The notes under the pieces: model-generated
What the model saw: only the letters and a program-made list of their open reading frames with translations
Told to the model about the DNA's origin: nothing
Database searches by the model: none
NCBI GenBank assembly: GCA_009703055.1
Contig: WLGW01000001.1
Span: 4,079 to 68,078 of the forward strand
DNA: 64,000 bases
Direction of reading: 5' to 3'
Source of the DNA: Actinomycetota bacterium
Lineage (GTDB): Bacteria > Actinomycetota > Acidimicrobiia > Acidimicrobiales > Ilumatobacteraceae
Program-made: the position numbers and the translations under genes
Shown: positions 49,871 through 59,219 of the stretch, piece by piece
How the letters are laid out: every line of letters begins with the position of its first letter
Numbering within the stretch: the stretch's first letter is position 1

Positions 49871-50638
49871 ATGGGTCTTCTTGACGGTAAGAAAATTGTG
49901 GTGACTGGCGTATTGACAGATGCGTCTCTCGCCTTTCGAGTCGCACAGCTTGCGCAGCGCGAAGGAGCCGAAATTGTGCTCACCGGAGCTGGTCGGGCGC
50001 TTTCACTCACTCAGCGCACTGCTCGCAAGCTGGACTCTCCAGTCGAGGTGTTTGAGTTTGATGTCACCAACGCTGCACACGTTGAGTCAGTTCGTGAACA
50101 AGTGCGCGCCTCTTTGGGCCGCGTGGACGGTGTTCTCCACGCCATTGGCTTTGCACCCGAAGTGTGTCTCGGAGACGACTTCCTTGCTGCCCAGTGGAGT
50201 GATGTCGCCGTGGCCATGGAGATCTCTGCCTATTCCTTGAAAACAATGGCCGATGCTTTTCTTCCACTCATGCAGCCGGGCTCCACGATCGTGGGTCTCG
50301 ACTTTGACAACACCGTTGCATGGCCTGCCTACAACTGGATGGGTGTTGCAAAGGCAGCGTTCGAAGCAACGAACCGATACCTCGCAAAAGACCTCGGCCC
50401 TCGTGGAATTCGATGCAATCTTGTTGCCGCTGGACCCATCAAGACAATGGCTGCAAAATCAATTCCTGGCTTTAAGAAGTTTGAAGACATTTGGGATGAA
50501 CGCTCACCTCTCGGATGGGATGTCACCGACTCCACGCCTGTGGCAAAGACAGTTCTTGCGCTGATGTCGGATTGGTTCCCCGCCACAACGGGCGAAGTTA
50601 TTCATGTCGATGGCGGCTACCACGCCATGGGCGCATAG
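49871..50638 (+). CDS. fabI: enoyl-[acyl-carrier-protein] reductase (NADH), FabI/InhA type
   Basis: 255 aa SDR with GLLDGKKIVVTGV, YNWMGVAKAALE-like Tyr/Lys catalytic region and HVDGG. Confidence 0.92.
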   Translation: MGLLDGKKIVVTGVLTDASLAFRVAQLAQREGAEIVLTGAGRALSLTQRTARKLDSPVEVFEFDVTNAAHVESVREQVRASLGRVDGVLHAIGFAPEVCLGDDFLAAQWSDVAVAMEISAYSLKTMADAFLPLMQPGSTIVGLDFDNTVAWPAYNWMGVAKAAFEATNRYLAKDLGPRGIRCNLVAAGPIKTMAAKSIPGFKKFEDIWDERSPLGWDVTDSTPVAKTVLALMSDWFPATTGEVIHVDGGYHAMGA

Positions 50639-50644
50639 ACCACA

Positions 50645-52642
50645 GTGTCTAATCGTCTCGCCGACGCAACGTCTCCGTACCTGCGCCAGCATCGAGACAA
50701 TCCCGTTCACTGGTATCAGTGGGGTGACGACGCATTTGAAGAGGCCCGTCGCACGGGTCGACCCATTTTGTTATCTGTTGGGTATTCGGCATGTCATTGG
50801 TGCCATGTCATGGCACATGAGAGTTTCGAAGATGACGCGACTGCTGCGGTCATGAATTCGTTGTTCATCAACGTCAAGGTCGACCGTGAAGAACGCCCTG
50901 ATGTTGATGCGGTGTACATGGACGCCGTGCAAGCACTGACAGGTCGAGGCGGCTGGCCGATGACGGTCTTTCTTACTCCCGACGGCGAGCCGTTCTACGG
51001 CGGTACGTATTACCCACGCGACACATTTGTCAAGCTCATGAATGCAGTCGATGACGCGTGGACGAATCGTCGTGACGAACTGCAGCAGAACGTTGATGCT
51101 CTTGTTGAATCCATCGGACGCACTGCTCTCATTGCACCCGCAGATGACATCGACACTCCTCGTCTCATTTCATCGACCGTTGATGCTCTGCGAACCAACT
51201 TTGATTCCACCTGGGGCGGATTCGGTGGTGCACCCAAGTTTCCTTCAACGTTTGCGCTCGACTTGCTCATGCGGATCTATTCCGTGAACAAAGATGCCAC
51301 CCTCCTGCCACTTGTGCGCACATCCCTTGATGCCATGGCTGCCGGCGGAATGTATGACCACTTGGGCGGCGGCTTCTCTCGATACAGCGTTGATAATCAA
51401 TGGTTAGTCCCGCACTTTGAAAAAATGCTGTACGACCAGGCTCTCCTTACTCGGGTGTATCTGCATAGTTGGCAACTCACCGGCGAACCTCGCGATGAAC
51501 AAGTTGTTCGCGAGATCATCGCCTACATCGCTCGCGATCTCACCCATTCTCTCGGAGGCTTCTACAGCGCCGAGGATGCTGACTCATTAGACGAGCACGG
51601 ACATTCCGAAGAAGGTGCGTTCTATACATGGACACCTGCAGAAGTACGTCGCGCAGTGAGCGGTGATGCAGAGGCTGTGCTTCAGTACTGGGACATCAGC
51701 GATGATGGCAATTTTGAAGGTCGCTCTATCCCGAATCGCATTCGTCAGCGCGCCGACATCATTCGCCCTGCACACATTGTGACTGCTCAGCAAGAAATGC
51801 TTGCTGTTCGTTCTCAGCGCCCACGCCCAGGTCTCGACAACAAAGTGCTCACGGAGTGGAACGCGATGATGCTTTCTTCGTTGTGCGAAGTGGCATCAGC
51901 ATTCGAAGACCCGTCGTACATCGCAATGGCAACTGCCAACGCCCGTTTCCTTGTTGACAATCTCCGCATGCCTGATGGTTCATGGCGCCGCAGTTGGCAG
52001 TCCGATGCCACTCCCTCTGCACGGCATAGCGCGCTCGCCCACGACCTTGCCCATGTCGTTGATGCGATGACCCGAATGTATGAACTGACCTCAGACCATG
52101 AATGGCTCACCGTCGCAACCGACACTGCGCAACATTTGATTGATCATCACTGGGACGAAGAGCATGGTGGACTCTTCACCGTGGGCAGCACTGCCGAACA
52201 ATTGGTTGTCCGACAAAAAGACCTCATGGACAATGCCACGCCGTCTGCGAACTCAGTCGCAGCGATGGCGTTCCTTCGTCTCTCTGCCATCACAGGTGAT
52301 GAATCGTTAAGGCAACGTGCTCACGACATCTTGCGTTTGCTCGCTCGTGTCGCCCCCAATGCCCCATCGGCATTTGGCAACGCATTGGCTGCGGGGCTCC
52401 TTTTCCACATCGGCACAACTGAAGTCGTCATTCCGGGAACCGAGGCGCAACTCTTGTCTGTGTATCGCGAACAGTGGCGACCTCACGCAGTACTTGCTTG
52501 GGGTGCACCAACAGATTCGCCGTTGTGGAGCGGAAGAGAACCTGGTGCGGCCTATGTGTGTCGCGATTATGTCTGCCTCTTGCCGGCACTCACCCCTGAC
52601 GACATGCGTCAGCGGTTACTCACCACTGAGAACGGTGAATAA
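50645..52642 (+). CDS. thioredoxin-domain protein (DUF255/YyaL-like) with alpha/alpha-toroid C-terminal domain
   Basis: 665 aa with a GTG start. It has NPVHWYQWGDDAFEEARRTGRPILLSVGYSACHWCHVM and later GGFYSAEDADS. Confidence 0.88.
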   Translation: MSNRLADATSPYLRQHRDNPVHWYQWGDDAFEEARRTGRPILLSVGYSACHWCHVMAHESFEDDATAAVMNSLFINVKVDREERPDVDAVYMDAVQALTGRGGWPMTVFLTPDGEPFYGGTYYPRDTFVKLMNAVDDAWTNRRDELQQNVDALVESIGRTALIAPADDIDTPRLISSTVDALRTNFDSTWGGFGGAPKFPSTFALDLLMRIYSVNKDATLLPLVRTSLDAMAAGGMYDHLGGGFSRYSVDNQWLVPHFEKMLYDQALLTRVYLHSWQLTGEPRDEQVVREIIAYIARDLTHSLGGFYSAEDADSLDEHGHSEEGAFYTWTPAEVRRAVSGDAEAVLQYWDISDDGNFEGRSIPNRIRQRADIIRPAHIVTAQQEMLAVRSQRPRPGLDNKVLTEWNAMMLSSLCEVASAFEDPSYIAMATANARFLVDNLRMPDGSWRRSWQSDATPSARHSALAHDLAHVVDAMTRMYELTSDHEWLTVATDTAQHLIDHHWDEEHGGLFTVGSTAEQLVVRQKDLMDNATPSANSVAAMAFLRLSAITGDESLRQRAHDILRLLARVAPNAPSAFGNALAAGLLFHIGTTEVVIPGTEAQLLSVYREQWRPHAVLAWGAPTDSPLWSGREPGAAYVCRDYVCLLPALTPDDMRQRLLTTENGE

Positions 52643-53219
52643 CTTCGTCGACTGTTTTGCGAAGTCGAGACGCACTACGACCACGTCGTTCGTCTTGCTC
52701 GATTGCGTATCCGAGAGCAACTGTTCCGAGAATCTGCACCTCATCGGGTAGCTGAAATTCTTCGCGGAGTTTCTCTTCATTCGCATGAGCAAAGAACAAT
52801 GCACCGAGTCCGTTGTCTTCCAAGGCCAAGAGAAATGTCATCGTTGAGAATGACGCATCGATTGTCCAATATGGCGCTACCCATGCATCCACAGAGTCGC
52901 CGAGACCGGTGTGGGATTTATCTGGCTCTGAATAGCGCTGCAAATACGCCGATGTGTCGGCAAGCATGAGTGCAACCACCGGCGCGGTCAACAGATGTGG
53001 GAATGCAAAACTCTCACGCTTGCTCTGCGGCAATGCATTGTCCCAGTAACGAGATGTCTCTTCGCCTTGCAGTAACAAGACATGCCATCCCTGTGACTTC
53101 CCCGCACTCGGGGCACGTAGTCCGAAATCAATACATGATTCAAGGACGGCAGTGTCGACAGGGTCCGAACGGAAGGAACGAGTCATCCGACGCGAACGAA
53201 CGACGTCGGCGAAGTGCAC
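52620..53219 (-). CDS. nitroreductase family protein
   Basis: It has VVRSRRMTRSF near the N-terminus and the typical ~200 aa length. A GTG start at 53219 (4 nt after the upstream stop) is preferred over the 237-aa track ORF. Confidence 0.72.
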   Translation of the reverse strand: MHFADVVRSRRMTRSFRSDPVDTAVLESCIDFGLRAPSAGKSQGWHVLLLQGEETSRYWDNALPQSKRESFAFPHLLTAPVVALMLADTSAYLQRYSEPDKSHTGLGDSVDAWVAPYWTIDASFSTMTFLLALEDNGLGALFFAHANEEKLREEFQLPDEVQILGTVALGYAIEQDERRGRSASRLRKTVDEVIHRSQW

Positions 53220-53223
53220 AGCG

Positions 53224-53883
53224 TTACGAGCGAGCGCCGAGCTTGACGAGGCTCTCTGCCATCGTCCAGCCGTGAACGATAAGAACGCCACCCTTCTTGG
53301 CATTGACGCCCTTGAAGAGTGTTGTGATTTCATCAGAGATCTTCTCTGGCTTCAATGAGACGTGATCAAGAAAGCCACTTTGTCCGCCTGATGCGACAGT
53401 GAAGGTTTTTTCGTCATATGTTGCATCAACTTTGAAGCGACGAGCCAGACGCTTACCCCACGCACGAGCTTCGCCATCTGCGCGATGCTCAAAACGAGGA
53501 ATGATGTCAGTGAGGGACTTGAACGCTTCCATGCCATCGGCTGACGGAAAGCGACTACCCACAACAACGTCTTCATCGGGGAAAGCCATCAAGGCACGGT
53601 GATAGGCCTCACCCATGAGGCCTTTGAGAATCGAATCACGCTTTGCAGTGCGCTTAATGGTCATCAGTCCGAGCAGCACACATGGTGTTCCACCGATGCG
53701 CTCGAGTGTCGAGAAGGTAACACCGTGCAATTTTCCGTCAAGGCGAGCAAGTGTGCAGAGCACCCAGTCTTGCTGCGCCTTCTGAAACTGCTCAAGGCCA
53801 AAAGAACCCTCAATGGTCAGCATCTCTTCGAGCTGAGCCTCTGTAAGGGCACTGCTGTCCTGTGTGGTGACTTCCAACGACAT
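53224..53883 (-). CDS. hypothetical protein (no family recognised; possibly acyltransferase-like fold)
   Basis: The ORF fills the gap between dnaE and the nitroreductase gene, with coding-like composition. The start is ATG 53883 or TTG 53955. Confidence 0.5.
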   Translation of the reverse strand: MSLEVTTQDSSALTEAQLEEMLTIEGSFGLEQFQKAQQDWVLCTLARLDGKLHGVTFSTLERIGGTPCVLLGLMTIKRTAKRDSILKGLMGEAYHRALMAFPDEDVVVGSRFPSADGMEAFKSLTDIIPRFEHRADGEARAWGKRLARRFKVDATYDEKTFTVASGGQSGFLDHVSLKPEKISDEITTLFKGVNAKKGGVLIVHGWTMAESLVKLGARS

Positions 53884-53985
53884 AGAACCGAGTGACTCCC
53901 TAAGGCTTTTCGCGACGACAACGCCGACAACAACCCCTCTATTCTGCCATTCCAAATGTCGGAACCCTGAAACGGAGCCGAATAA

Positions 53986-56900
53986 TCAGATGATTTTCAC
54001 CGCATTTGACCCAAAAGTGAGTCGAAGCGGGGCCACAGCCTTCTCAATATCCACTAAATGACCTGAACCAAGGTCAAAGACCTTGCCGCCAGCTAGTTGC
54101 AATCGCACAGGTGAATCACCAGGGAACTCAGAAATGATTGTCTTCAGTGCATCAAGTTTTGTGGCGTTAAAGCCAGAAGGTAACGAAATCAGAACCTCTG
54201 AGATTCGGACATGAAGATTCTCTGGCACCACGATGCGCTGTGCCGAGAAACTCGCTGGAGCATCTTCGCGTCGATTGAGTCGACCCGACACTGTGACGAC
54301 TTGATCGTCAGACAAAAGATGTCCGAACTCACCGAGAACCTTAGAAAAGACAGTCACTTCAATTGCTGCTTCTAAATCTTCAAGCACAAACGTGGCCATC
54401 TGGTCACCACGTTTCGTGAATCGTCGATTCAACGATGTCATCACTCCACCGATAGTGACATTGCCGGCCTCGCGAGTCTCAAGGTCACGAATAGAACTTG
54501 TTGTCATGCGACGCAATGCATTCTCCACGCCGTGCAATGGATGGTCAGAGATGTAGAGACCGAGCATGTCTTTTTCGTGACGCAATTGATCGGGCTTCGC
54601 GAACTGCAATTCGGGGATAGCAATCTCCGATGACCAGCCGCTATCACTCGATTCTTCCAATTCACCGAAGAGAGACATCACGCCTTTTTCTTCTTCGCGG
54701 CGTTTGGCGACTGCATTGTCGATGATCGACTCAAACACCATGAGCAAGCCGCGTCGAGGGTGGCCCAACGAGTCAAAGCCACCCGCCTTGATAAGGGACT
54801 CGACTGCACGCTTGTTCAATGCCTGCTCGGGAGCTCTCTTTGCAAAGTCATGGAACGATTCGAATGGGCCATTGGCATCTCGTTCTTCGACGATCTGCGC
54901 AACGAGACCTTCTCCGACATTGCGTACCGCAGAGAGAGCAAAGATGATGCGCTTCTCAGTATCGGTACAGATGGCTTCAAAGTCGGCACGACCAGCATTG
55001 ACATCGGGGTTAGAAACTGTGATGCCCATCGAACGGCAATCTGCAAGGTGCACCGCAGCCTTTTCGTAGTTGCCCTTCACCGACGACAAAAGCGACGCTG
55101 AATACTCAACCGGGAAATGAGCTTTGAGATATGCCGTTTGATACGAGATCAGTCCGTACCCGAACGTGTGGCTCTTGTTAAACGCGTAGTCAGCAAACTT
55201 GCGAATCACGCCGAAGAGAGTTTCACCAAGCTCGCGGCCGTACCCGGTTTTTTCACAGCCATCGACAAAAGCACCTTCTTCTTTTGCCATGGCGACGTGA
55301 TCTTTTTTGCCGCAGGCCTTTCGCAAGTTGTCGGCTTGTGCAAGGTCGTAGCCGGCGAACTTTTGCGCGACGCGCATCATGCTCTCTTGGTACACCATGA
55401 GTCCGTAGGTGTCGTGCAGAAGCTCTTTTGCTTCGGGGTGGAAATACTCAGGTACTTTGCGATGGTTCTTGTAGTCGGCGTAGTCGTAATGCATGTTCAC
55501 GCTCATCGGACCTGGTCGATACAACGCAAGAACTGCACTCACGTCTTCAAACGAAGTCGGCTTCATCGACTTCAACAATGCCCGCATCGGCGGAGACTCC
55601 AACTGGAAAATACCGATGGTGTCTCCCCTGCCCAACAATTCGAATGTCAACTTGTCATCAAGCGGCACAGTGTCGATGTCGAAATCAGGGTCGCGTTGCC
55701 GGCGAATCATTTCCACTGCGTCTGTGATCACGTCAAGGTTGCGCAAGCCCAAGAAGTCCATCTTGAGGAGCCCAAGTTCTTCCACGGCGTGCATTTCATA
55801 CTGCGTCACGATGGGCGCTTCATCAGCCTTTAAATCGCCCACTGGCTTGCGCTGAATAGGCAGATACTCCGTAAGTTCCTTTGGCGTAATCACCACAGCA
55901 GCTGCGTGAATACCGTCGGAGCGCTTCAGGCCTTCAAGACCACGCGCCACGTCAACAACTTTGGCCGCTACTTCGTCAACAGCAATCAGGTCTCGCAAGC
56001 CCTGGGCGTCGCGATACCCGTCTGCAAACTTGTCGTTGAATTCGAGACATGCAGCCAATGGTGTATCGCGGCCTTGGTTCAGAGGCGGCATCAACTTTGC
56101 AATGCGGTCGCCTACTGCATACTCATGACCCAACACTCGCGCCGCGTCGCGCACCGCGTTGCGTGACTTAATGGTGGCGAAGGTGATGATTTGAGCCACA
56201 TGATCGCGACCGTACTTATCCGCGGCGTACCGAATCATGTGATCGCGATAACGAGAGTCGAAGTCCATGTCGATGTCGGGCATGCTCACACGCGACGGGT
56301 TAAGAAAGCGTTCGAACAGTAGGTCGTACTTCAAGGGGTCGAGTTCGGTAATGCGTAGGCAATATGCCACCGCACAACCAGCAGCAGAGCCACGACCAGG
56401 TCCGACACGAATGCCTTCATCTTTAGCGTGCTTGATGAGGTCCCACACGATGAGGAAGTACGAACTAAAGCCCATCTGTTTGATGACACCGAGTTCAAAC
56501 GCGACACGCTCCACCACTTCAGCAGAGAGGTCTTGGCCCCAGCGCATTTTCGCGCCTTCCCAGGTGAGGTGTTCGAGATACTTCTCGTCGTTGGCGAACT
56601 CTTGAGGAATCGGAAAGACGGGCAGGTGGTACGTTCCCAATTCAATCTCGACATTGGAACGCTCTGCGATCCACAACGTGTTGTCACAACTTGTGGGTTG
56701 TTCACGCCAGAGATACCGCATCTCTTCAGATGTCTTGAGATAGTGCTCGTTCCCTTCAAAGCGGAAACGGTCTTGGTCACGCATGAGCGCACCGGTTTGT
56801 ACACAGAGCAATGCGTCGTGAGCCTCATGGTCGGCCTGATTGACATAGTGCGAATCATTAGTTGCGAGAAGTGGTGCGCCAATCTTGTTTGCGATCTCAA

Positions 56901-57519
56901 TCAACTTGGGGTTCGTGCGCAACTGATCTGCAATGCCGTGGTCTTGCACTTCAACGAACAGATTGTCTTTACCGAAGATGTCTTGCAGGCGGCCCGCTTT
57001 CTCGATGGCTCCCTTTTCGTCGCCGTTGAGAAGTGACTGCAGCACGTGTCCACCAAGACAACCGGTAGTTGCGATGAGGCCTTTGGAGTGACGCTCTAAC
57101 AATTCCCAGTCGATACGTGGCTTGTAGTGGTAGCCCTCAAGGAAGGCAAGGCTGGACAACTTGATGAGGTTGCGATAGCCCTCATTCGTTTCGGCCAACA
57201 GAGTCAGGTGGTAGTACTGCTTTTGGCCGCGTTCGTCTGCGCCGCCGTTGTCATCCATCTTTCCGCGACGCGCAATGCGTTCTGTGCGGTGGTCGAAGGC
57301 CATATAGGCCTCTGTACCGATGATGGGCTTAATGCCCTGCTTCTTGCATTCCTTGTAGAAGTCGATGACGCCATACATGTTGCCGTGGTCGGTGATTCCC
57401 AATGCAGGCTGGCCGTCTTGCACCGCTTTTGACACCAGTTCATCGAGGCGCGCTGCACCGTCCAACATGGAAAATTCAGTGTGAACATGCAGGTGTGTAA
57501 ACGATGACGACACGCCCAC
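53986..57519 (-). CDS. dnaE: DNA polymerase III alpha subunit
   Basis: 1177 aa with the PHP domain FTHLHVHTEFSMLDGA, palm/fingers motifs and an OB fold. The start is GTG 57519 or GTG 57513, the latter with AAGGAG 7 nt upstream. Confidence 0.97.
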   Translation of the reverse strand: MGVSSSFTHLHVHTEFSMLDGAARLDELVSKAVQDGQPALGITDHGNMYGVIDFYKECKKQGIKPIIGTEAYMAFDHRTERIARRGKMDDNGGADERGQKQYYHLTLLAETNEGYRNLIKLSSLAFLEGYHYKPRIDWELLERHSKGLIATTGCLGGHVLQSLLNGDEKGAIEKAGRLQDIFGKDNLFVEVQDHGIADQLRTNPKLIEIANKIGAPLLATNDSHYVNQADHEAHDALLCVQTGALMRDQDRFRFEGNEHYLKTSEEMRYLWREQPTSCDNTLWIAERSNVEIELGTYHLPVFPIPQEFANDEKYLEHLTWEGAKMRWGQDLSAEVVERVAFELGVIKQMGFSSYFLIVWDLIKHAKDEGIRVGPGRGSAAGCAVAYCLRITELDPLKYDLLFERFLNPSRVSMPDIDMDFDSRYRDHMIRYAADKYGRDHVAQIITFATIKSRNAVRDAARVLGHEYAVGDRIAKLMPPLNQGRDTPLAACLEFNDKFADGYRDAQGLRDLIAVDEVAAKVVDVARGLEGLKRSDGIHAAAVVITPKELTEYLPIQRKPVGDLKADEAPIVTQYEMHAVEELGLLKMDFLGLRNLDVITDAVEMIRRQRDPDFDIDTVPLDDKLTFELLGRGDTIGIFQLESPPMRALLKSMKPTSFEDVSAVLALYRPGPMSVNMHYDYADYKNHRKVPEYFHPEAKELLHDTYGLMVYQESMMRVAQKFAGYDLAQADNLRKACGKKDHVAMAKEEGAFVDGCEKTGYGRELGETLFGVIRKFADYAFNKSHTFGYGLISYQTAYLKAHFPVEYSASLLSSVKGNYEKAAVHLADCRSMGITVSNPDVNAGRADFEAICTDTEKRIIFALSAVRNVGEGLVAQIVEERDANGPFESFHDFAKRAPEQALNKRAVESLIKAGGFDSLGHPRRGLLMVFESIIDNAVAKRREEEKGVMSLFGELEESSDSGWSSEIAIPELQFAKPDQLRHEKDMLGLYISDHPLHGVENALRRMTTSSIRDLETREAGNVTIGGVMTSLNRRFTKRGDQMATFVLEDLEAAIEVTVFSKVLGEFGHLLSDDQVVTVSGRLNRREDAPASFSAQRIVVPENLHVRISEVLISLPSGFNATKLDALKTIISEFPGDSPVRLQLAGGKVFDLGSGHLVDIEKAVAPLRLTFGSNAVKII

Positions 57520-57608
57520 ACTCCTTTACACATCCGCGACTTAACTGATTCCACCGATAGCCGAGGGCACGACTGAGGTGGGCTTCACAAAGGTAGCAGT
57601 CAGGTGGG

Positions 57609-58715
57609 TCAGGCCTTCAGAGCCAACAACGGCACCAGCATCTCGTCGGCAGTCAGTGACCCATGACGACACACCAGGTCGAATGCTCCGCCATCCAAAG
57701 GCTCCTCAAAGCTCACCGGCGCATGCGCTGCAAGAGCCACTTCACCCATTCGCCGGATCACCGCATCACTCACTCGCGGACCAAACCAATTTTCTTCCAG
57801 CACCTGCTGTTTCGTGACAACCCAGGCCACATCGTCATATTGGCGGGCTGCATCTAGCAGTGCGCCTTCACGTCCACGACGAGCATGCAACCAGCGAAAG
57901 CGCCCTTCACCCGATTGGTGGTGGACATGTTCTGTCACCGATGCCATCGGAACAATCGTGTTGTCACCCACATGCACTTGACCGTGGTCAGCTGTGACAA
58001 TCAGAACAGTGTCGGGCGGAAGCACTGACAGCACATTCGCAACCAGATTGTCAGCAGCGCGCAACTCGGCTGTGTAGTGATCGGTGAAACCTCGCTCATG
58101 GGCAATCTTGTCAATGCCGTCGTAATAGGCGTACACAAAGTCCTCGCCAGCAGCCAAGGCTTCACGAACAATCACAGGGATACTGCTAGGCGCACGCCAC
58201 CCCATGTGTTTCACCCCATCAAGATGAGCCAGAGTAAAACCACTGCCCTCAAGTTCAGCCTTACTCAACACAGGAACACTGGAACCGAGGAATGGCGGAC
58301 ATGGCTGCGTCTGTTGCGGTGGATAGCGCCGACGAAGATCGCCGTTCTCATCCCCCCAGCGCAGAACATTCATGACAGTGTCACCCATATCGACGCGATA
58401 CCCAATCAGGCCATGCTCACCTGGAGAGAGCCCGGTTACGAGCGAGGTGAGAGCTGTTGCTGTCGTCGACGGCGCCACCGTTGTGATGTGGCCACCCGTC
58501 ATCGAAGCAAGAGTGGGCATGTGCTCGGCATAGGTCTGCAACTGATTCCAGCCAAGTCCATCGAGAAGGAGTACCACAATGCGTGGGGCACCCTGAACCA
58601 CCCCAGGCATCCATGAGGGCACCGTACGAGGCCCTCCAGGCGCGCAGAGCACGGGAATGATGTCGGACAGGCATCCGGCCGAATATCGGGGCAGGACGGG
58701 GGATGGAGTGCTCAC
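57609..58715 (-). CDS. alkaline-phosphatase-superfamily protein (nucleotide pyrophosphatase/phosphodiesterase-like)
   Basis: 368 aa with VLLLDGLGWNQL, the nucleophile region VAPSTTATALTSLVTG and the metal site VTADHGQV. The GTG start is uncertain. Confidence 0.78.
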   Translation of the reverse strand: MSTPSPVLPRYSAGCLSDIIPVLCAPGGPRTVPSWMPGVVQGAPRIVVLLLDGLGWNQLQTYAEHMPTLASMTGGHITTVAPSTTATALTSLVTGLSPGEHGLIGYRVDMGDTVMNVLRWGDENGDLRRRYPPQQTQPCPPFLGSSVPVLSKAELEGSGFTLAHLDGVKHMGWRAPSSIPVIVREALAAGEDFVYAYYDGIDKIAHERGFTDHYTAELRAADNLVANVLSVLPPDTVLIVTADHGQVHVGDNTIVPMASVTEHVHHQSGEGRFRWLHARRGREGALLDAARQYDDVAWVVTKQQVLEENWFGPRVSDAVIRRMGEVALAAHAPVSFEEPLDGGAFDLVCRHGSLTADEMLVPLLALKA

Positions 58716-58744
58716 CCCCCTAGTTCACCACCTACGATGGGCTT

Positions 58745-59203
58745 GTGCGAGTTTCTACACGAGGTGATTATGCGTGCAGGGCACTTTTGTCTCTGGCGTT
58801 ACACACCGAAACCGGCACACCCACCTCTGTTCGCGACATCGCAGACCGCACTGGTCTCCCCCAGCCATACCTCGAGCAAATTCTTCTTGCCCTCAAAGGT
58901 GCTGGCCTTGTGCGTTCCAAACGCGGCGTTGGTGGCGGATATGTCCTTGCAAAGGCCCCCGCAGATATTCGTCTCTCAGAGATCATTTCTGCCGTTGATG
59001 GCCCCATCACGCTCGGCGACTTCGGCCAGCCCCACCAAGATGGTTCATGTGACCACGAAGGTCAATGTGTGCTTCTTGCCATCTGGGATGTCGCAGGTCA
59101 GCACATGCGTGAGCACCTTGATGCGTACACACTTGAGTCCATCGCAGCAGCTGCTGCGGGCAATGGCCCTTGGCCAAAGGCTGATCCTCACCATCACCAC
59201 TAA
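58745..59203 (+). CDS. Rrf2 family transcriptional regulator
   Basis: MRVSTRGDYACRALLSLA plus a winged HTH (IADRTGLPQPYLEQILLALKGAGLVRSKRGVGGGY). The GTG start has TACGAT at -12..-7. Confidence 0.88.
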   Translation: MRVSTRGDYACRALLSLALHTETGTPTSVRDIADRTGLPQPYLEQILLALKGAGLVRSKRGVGGGYVLAKAPADIRLSEIISAVDGPITLGDFGQPHQDGSCDHEGQCVLLAIWDVAGQHMREHLDAYTLESIAAAAAGNGPWPKADPHHHH

Positions 59204-59219
59204 CGGTAAACGAGGATCT

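Noticed and set aside
57574-57608. A direct repeat of (T)GAGGTGGG / (T)CAGGTGGG, 26 bp apart, lies upstream of dnaE.
   Set aside because: Only 7-8 nt match and the second copy runs into the stop of the neighbouring gene. It does not resemble DnaA, LexA or other boxes I know. It is too short to separate from chance.
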